Below, in pieces: positions 58,672 through 64,000 of a stretch of DNA of 64,000 bases. The notes under the pieces are model-generated. The model was not told the DNA's origin. It was given only the letters and a program-made list of their open reading frames with translations, and made no database searches. Position 1 is the first letter of the stretch, and every line of letters starts with the position of its first letter. The position numbers and the translations under genes were made by a program. This DNA is from Macrostomum lignano. Taxonomy: Eukaryota. The stretch covers positions 134,053-198,052 of the forward strand of contig NIVC01000194.1 in NCBI GenBank assembly GCA_002269645.1. The letters are read 5' to 3'.

Positions 58672-60848
58672 AACCTAGTTCCACCAGTGAACGAGCCGAG
58701 CCCGGCGCCGCCGAAGGCGGCGTCGGGCGAGAGCGAGAGAACCCGAGGCCCCGCCAGGGGCCGAGGGCGAGTGAATAATTTCTACCCATGGCGGCCGAAG
58801 GCCGACATGGGCTAGAAAGTATTTACGAGTAAATAAGTTAGACTCTTATGCATTTTGAAATTTCACGTTTTTTTGCTAAAAAATGCTCCTGTTTTGCAAC
58901 CACTGCACCGATTGAGTTGAGTGAGGTGTCGATCGATAGAAAACTTTTAGATCTATCGAATGAATGTACTTTTAAATGCAGAGATTTTTTAAATGAGCCG
59001 TAAATTAACTGGAAAGACGATTTTTTCAAAAGTGCTTCTAGGAGATCTCAAAATTCTGGTACACCTTACGAGATACAGCTTCGACATCTGAGGATCAAAG
59101 TTGTAAAACTAAATTTCCTACAAAATGGTATATGGCGCTTTGATTTATTTTGGTATCTTTATGTAGTTTTGGTGGGTTTTTTGGGTAAAAAAATGACCCT
59201 CATTTTATTATTTCCCCACTTTTTCCTACGAAGCTTTTTGAGTTTCGGCTTCAAAGCAGTGCAGTTGGATGCGCAATGCAAATATCTACAAGTGTCTACA
59301 GCTTTGTTTTCCTACGCTTCTGCAGTGCTGAGAAAATTGACAAAAATCGATTTTTCAAAAAATTACATGACTTTCGCATTATTGCTCATTATAATTTTGA
59401 GAACATGGTGCGAATAATCCGACTTCGAATTTCTATAGCATAGTTGCTATACTATATTGGTGTAAATTGCTGCCGTCTGCTTTCGCTGCTTTCGGATTGA
59501 AAAATCGATCAGAAATCGATAATTTGTGATTTTTGGCTGATTGGGTGCCAGAAAAATGGGTGATTAAAATTTTAAAAGAATGCTAGATCAAATGCGGATA
59601 CTGCAACGAGTTGTACTAATGTCTGGCTAAAATTGACCAAGTTTTTGAGTGTCTGCAACAAGTGCTCATGTGTCAAAAGTGATTGGAAATCGATCAGAGT
59701 AGTGATTTTTTAATATTTTGCTTGAAATCAGGCAAAAAAACGCAATAAGACGGCATTATTTTTATGACGGCTGATTTCCCAAAAACGAGGCATATTTGTG
59801 TGCAATTTCTAGAGATTCGGTTTATTGAGTAAAAAATTATCGATAAAAAACTGAAAACTTGACTTTTTACTTTTATGTTAGTTCCGGGGCTATTTAAACT
59901 GGAAATGGTAAGAATTTTGAACTGAAACCAATGCACAGTATTCCATACAGCTAATTTAACAGATTTCTTGAGTTTCATAACCATTCGATGTTCTTTTGAG
60001 GTAAAAAATGCATTTTTTGCACCAAAATTCATCAGATTCATACCGCTTTGCATAATTTGCATTTGCATGCGATTGCTTGCATGGCTTTGGCGTTGGGCTG
60101 AGTTAAGCTGGTTAGAAAGGAAAGGAAAGGAAGGAATAATCGTACATACAATGTACACACCCGTCCCTTCCAAGTGGGGTTGTGGCAACGCGAGAGGGCT
60201 TGGCGGCTTGGTTTGGAGGGCGTGTAATAGAGCTTCATTTGACTCGCACACAGACCAAGGAAAATTAGATCGATAAACGGGCGTCACGTGATTAGAATTT
60301 CGTATTAAATTTAGCTCTTTAACTGCACATTTGAATTGCAAGCCCAGTACAAAGTTTGTCGGGCGCAAGATCCAAGTCACTACGTGTACAATCCTCCCCC
60401 GACTAAAAAGTCAGGCGATACGGCTTCTGAAGTAGGTATGTACAGTGTTTTGGAAAGACTTTATTTATAGCTTTCTTTGCAAAATATAACCCTGCTACGC
60501 TCTGGAGTCATTAGAAATTTTTTTATATCGAGGCCTTCTAAAGCCTATTATAGAAGACTCGATTCCAGCTCATGGCTGCGGGTCAGATGAGAGAGAAAGA
60601 GAATAGAGAAGAGATAAGACTAAAGAGAAGATAAGAGATAAAACGAGAGCTAGAAGCGAGAGGAGAGGAGAGGGGAGACTAGAGAGAGATTAGAGTGGAG
60701 AGAAACAGAACAGACAAAGAGAGAAAATGGGAGAAGTAGAGATTTAGATTTTTATTGAGCTTCTCAAAGTTCTTTTTCATCGGTACAAAACTAGGTTTAT
60801 CAAGTAGTATGAAGACCCACGTCTAAAAAGAAGCCCGTTCACTGGTGG
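58672..60848. mobile_element. Possible Helentron-like non-autonomous element (boundaries uncertain)
   Basis: 13-bp inverted pair CCACCAGTGAACG (~58682) / CGTTCACTGGTGG (~60836), GCCGAAGGC hairpins near the left end, and a GA microsatellite near the right end. Confidence 0.35.
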
Positions 60849-62602
60849 CAAAAAGACGTGTGCGTCTTCATACTACTTGTTGCCTTCTGTGGGGCATGGC
60901 ATATACGCATTGCTTGAGCAAGCCATGTCCGCATATACATTCAACTCGAAAATTTGACCATAAATTTATGTTATATTCCAGTGGAACTCCAAATAAAAGC
61001 ATAGGAACACTCGAAGCCTCTATTAGTGTTCCAAATTCTACCCAATATAAAGACTTCTTCATTAAACAAAACGCTAGGAAACCTCTGTAGGCGCATTGCA
61101 GTAAATCAAAAGTGTCAGCGAGATAAGAGCTCAGCCGTGCCGAGCTGCGTGCCTGCGTGCTGTATCTTAGCAAATAAAATTTTCAATAATATCATACTCG
61201 AATTGGGCAGCAGCCACAGCCAGTTCGCTATGAAAGCTATTAGTAGTATACGTGGCTTTTTTATTGTACAAGTTCCATTTTTATAGCTGAAAACATTGTG
61301 TGCGCAAATGGCACAGTACATGACACACAGACAGTACGTAGCACTCATGTAGCAGTTTTGCAGTGTCAGATATTGCTTAAATTTCCGCACAGCGCAAGTT
61401 TCCTTCCACCTGCAGCAGGAAGTAGCGAACCAACCCCTCCACACCACCGCAGCCACCGCAGATACGCCAGCAATGCTAGCTTAGTGGCAGTGGCCGTCAG
61501 CCACTTTGTGCAGCAGGGCATGCAGACTGGGGAGGAGTTGAGGCTGAGGGGTCTGCTTTCTGTCTCTGGCAGCTTTGGCAGGCATGCAATGCTTCTTCAC
61601 TTCAGTGGCAGGGGCAGGGCCCAGAGAAGTTCTTCCTGTTCGCTGCAAGTTTGCGTGGAGGACTGCGGGGACATGGATAGGGGTTTGGGGTAGGGCCGTA
61701 GGGGAGAGAGGGGCGCTGCGCAGTTTTGCCCCACTCTCGCGCAGAATTGGCCGGACAGACAGGCACAGGAGTAGCGGGCAGGAATAACTGCAGTGAACAG
61801 GGCGGGCGGAGCGAGATGGATAGGGATGAGGACTGAGGGGGTGGCGGGGGCTGATAGGCGACGACTTAATTAGAAATAATGCGGGGCAAATAGCAAAGCA
61901 CGAGAAGGCGCTTCGTGTCTCCCCAGCCCCGTGCGGTACGCGCAGAAGGGAGGCCTCGCGCGCAAAGTTATTGATCCGTGTGGGATGGGGGTTGGGGGGT
62001 TTAAGCACGTGCGCTGCGGCCCGCCCCCTCCGCCACCAGCACGCTTTCCCCACCCCCGATTCACTGGTGTGGCGAGCGATTCCGATCGATAACTTTCTGT
62101 CAGGGGCTGGGTCGTGCGCAGCCCCCCAAAATCTGAAGTCCTTTCCATACCCTCCGATCCACCCCAGTTCACCCCCGTCCTAGACTGCACTCTCGTCTCT
62201 CCACAATTCTAGCGAGGGTTATGTAGAGGGAAGAAAAGAGTGGAAAGGCAGTAAGGAAGAGATACCCCCCAGGGTACACCCGAGCCTGTGTCTGTTTTCA
62301 GCCGGTCCAGATTTCCCTTCTTCCCTTGCTTTAGCGTTAGCCGACTTCTCAAGGCGAGTGGGGAAACAGGCCGCTCCGCATACAACAGAGTCAGGGAGGG
62401 TGAGCTGAGTTCACAGACTCGAGAGGGGAGCAAGCCAAGCAGGAAAATCTGACACTCCGATATTTTCTTTGACTGCCTAACTACAGCTTTAAGCCTGCTT
62501 GCACCCCTGAGCTGCGCAGTCTCGGACTTTATCGCCAGCCAAGAGGCGCCCCCAGAAAACAAACCGACAGCTGCGGCCTGCACAGTGAGAAACAGCCAAG
62601 GC

Positions 62603-63642
62603 ATGGACGATGATCAGCCGTGCGAGGAGGAGCAGAAGCTCATGGAAGAGATCAAGGAGATGAAGGCAAAGATCAAGGTTGCGCGCAAGGAGGTCGCCGA
62701 CGCCGACTACGTGACAGCCACCGAGAACCAGCAGCCCCTCGGCCGGCTGAAGTTCAAGGTGCGCAAGGAGCTTCACGGTCACCTGGCCAAGCTGACAGAT
62801 CTGCAGTGGGGCAACGAGTCCACCAACCTTATCACAGCCGGTCAGGATGGCAAGATCTTCCTGTGGGACGCGTTCTCCTGCGCCAAGCTGAACGCCATCT
62901 TCCTGAAGACTGCCTGGGTCATGTCCTGCCGGTTCAACCCGACAACACCCGGGTGGCTAGCGGCGGCCTGGACAACCTGCTGTCCATCCACAACCTGGAT
63001 GACACTGAGGCAGAGCCGGTGGAGCTCACAGGCCATGATGGCTACCTGGCCTGCATCCGATTCACTGACGCCAAGCACTGTGTCACCTCGTCAGGCGACA
63101 AAACCTGCGCCTTCTGGGACCTGGAGACCGGAAAAATTGTGCACCGCTTTGAGGGCCACGATAACGACGTGAACGCGCTGGCACTCGCCGACAGCCACCG
63201 CCACTTTGTCAGCGCCTCCAGCGACCACACTGCCAAGCTGTGGGACTTGCGCGAGCGCCACTGCCGGGCCACCTACGAGGGCCACGAGATGGACGTCAAC
63301 GGCGTCGACTACTTTCCGCAGTGCGACTACGCCTTCGCCACCTCTTCCGACGACGGCAGCTGCCGCATGTGGGACATCCGCGCCGATCAGATGCTCGCCA
63401 ACTTCAGTGACGAATTCATCCAGTGTGGTAGCACGTGTCTGTCCGTGTCCCGCAGCGGCCGCCTTCTCATTGCAGGTTACGACGATTACAACTGCCACGT
63501 GTGGGACACGCTGCTGGAAGAGCGGGTAGGCATCATGCTGGGCCACGACAACCGCATCTCCTGTCTGGGCATCAGTCCCAGCGGGCTGGCTGTGGCCACT
63601 GGCGCCTGGGACAACAACAGCTTCATCTGGACTGCCAAGTGA
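62603..63642 (+). CDS. GNB: Divergent intronless G-protein beta subunit (WD40), one apparent 1-nt frameshift
   Basis: Coiled-coil N-terminus, GHLAK, QDGK, WVMSC, then in the next frame GGLDN, GHDGYL, SGDKTC, GHEMDVN, SDDGSC, AGYDDYNC, GHDNRISCL, GAWDN. One C is missing at 62938-62940. Confidence 0.93.
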
Positions 63643-64000
63643 CACCTGTTCGTTCTCTCTCTCTGTCCACTTGTTTCGGTTTTCGCCAGTCGCTGGGACT
63701 CGGAGCTGCCTCTCCCTTGTCTCCAGGGACCATTGCTGTCATATATTCAACACAAACCCAACTCATATAGGTATCTTACTGATATTGACTCAGCACTTGA
63801 TCGTGGACGTTCTCTATTGCAATGATCTGTATACGACGATTAATTTCAGTGCTTTTTATTTTGATTGTCTATATCTATTTACATATTGCATACTTCATAG
63901 ATCAGATAAGATTGAGCTTACTGTAGACGTTTCTTTGCAAAGATCGACGAGGGCAGTACACATCAATAGTCATACGATTGCCCTCTTCATCATCGCCAGT

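Noticed and set aside
59694-60380. 228-aa minus-strand ORF
   Set aside because: AT-rich, no domain, non-ATG start, and inside a probable non-autonomous repeat.

Overview
Eukaryotic (metazoan) genomic DNA. GC-rich exons, AT-rich spacers, a different minisatellite in almost every intron and a flatworm-type neuropeptide suggest a free-living flatworm such as Macrostomum (inference only). Nine host genes can be built by hand from splice sites and protein similarity: the 3' exon of a SAM-domain gene, an RNF217-like RBR E3 ligase, a spliced neuropeptide precursor that the ORF track splits (GHQIFRL-KK-GYHFFRL-KK), LMBRD2, a Nova/pasilla KH splicing factor (minus strand), an RNF13/RNF167-like PA-TM-RING ligase, an orphan 197-aa ORF, an ankyrin-repeat protein ending in a polybasic+CAAX tail, and a divergent intronless G-protein beta. 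The spacers hold a decayed mariner, five non-autonomous DNA transposons with exact target-site duplications (two 8-bp, two 9-bp, one TA), satellite-carrying Helentron/HINE-like elements and two diverged 28S rRNA-derived fragments. The most interesting signals are the Nova intron minisatellites that carry Nova (YCAY) and Rbfox (UGCAUG) motifs next to a GC donor, the neuropeptide gene with telomeric repeats in its intron, and the 28S-derived fragments that are scrambled at the R2 target core. Most long repetitive ORFs in the track are artefacts of tandem repeats. All homologies are from memory of the families; no database search was run.
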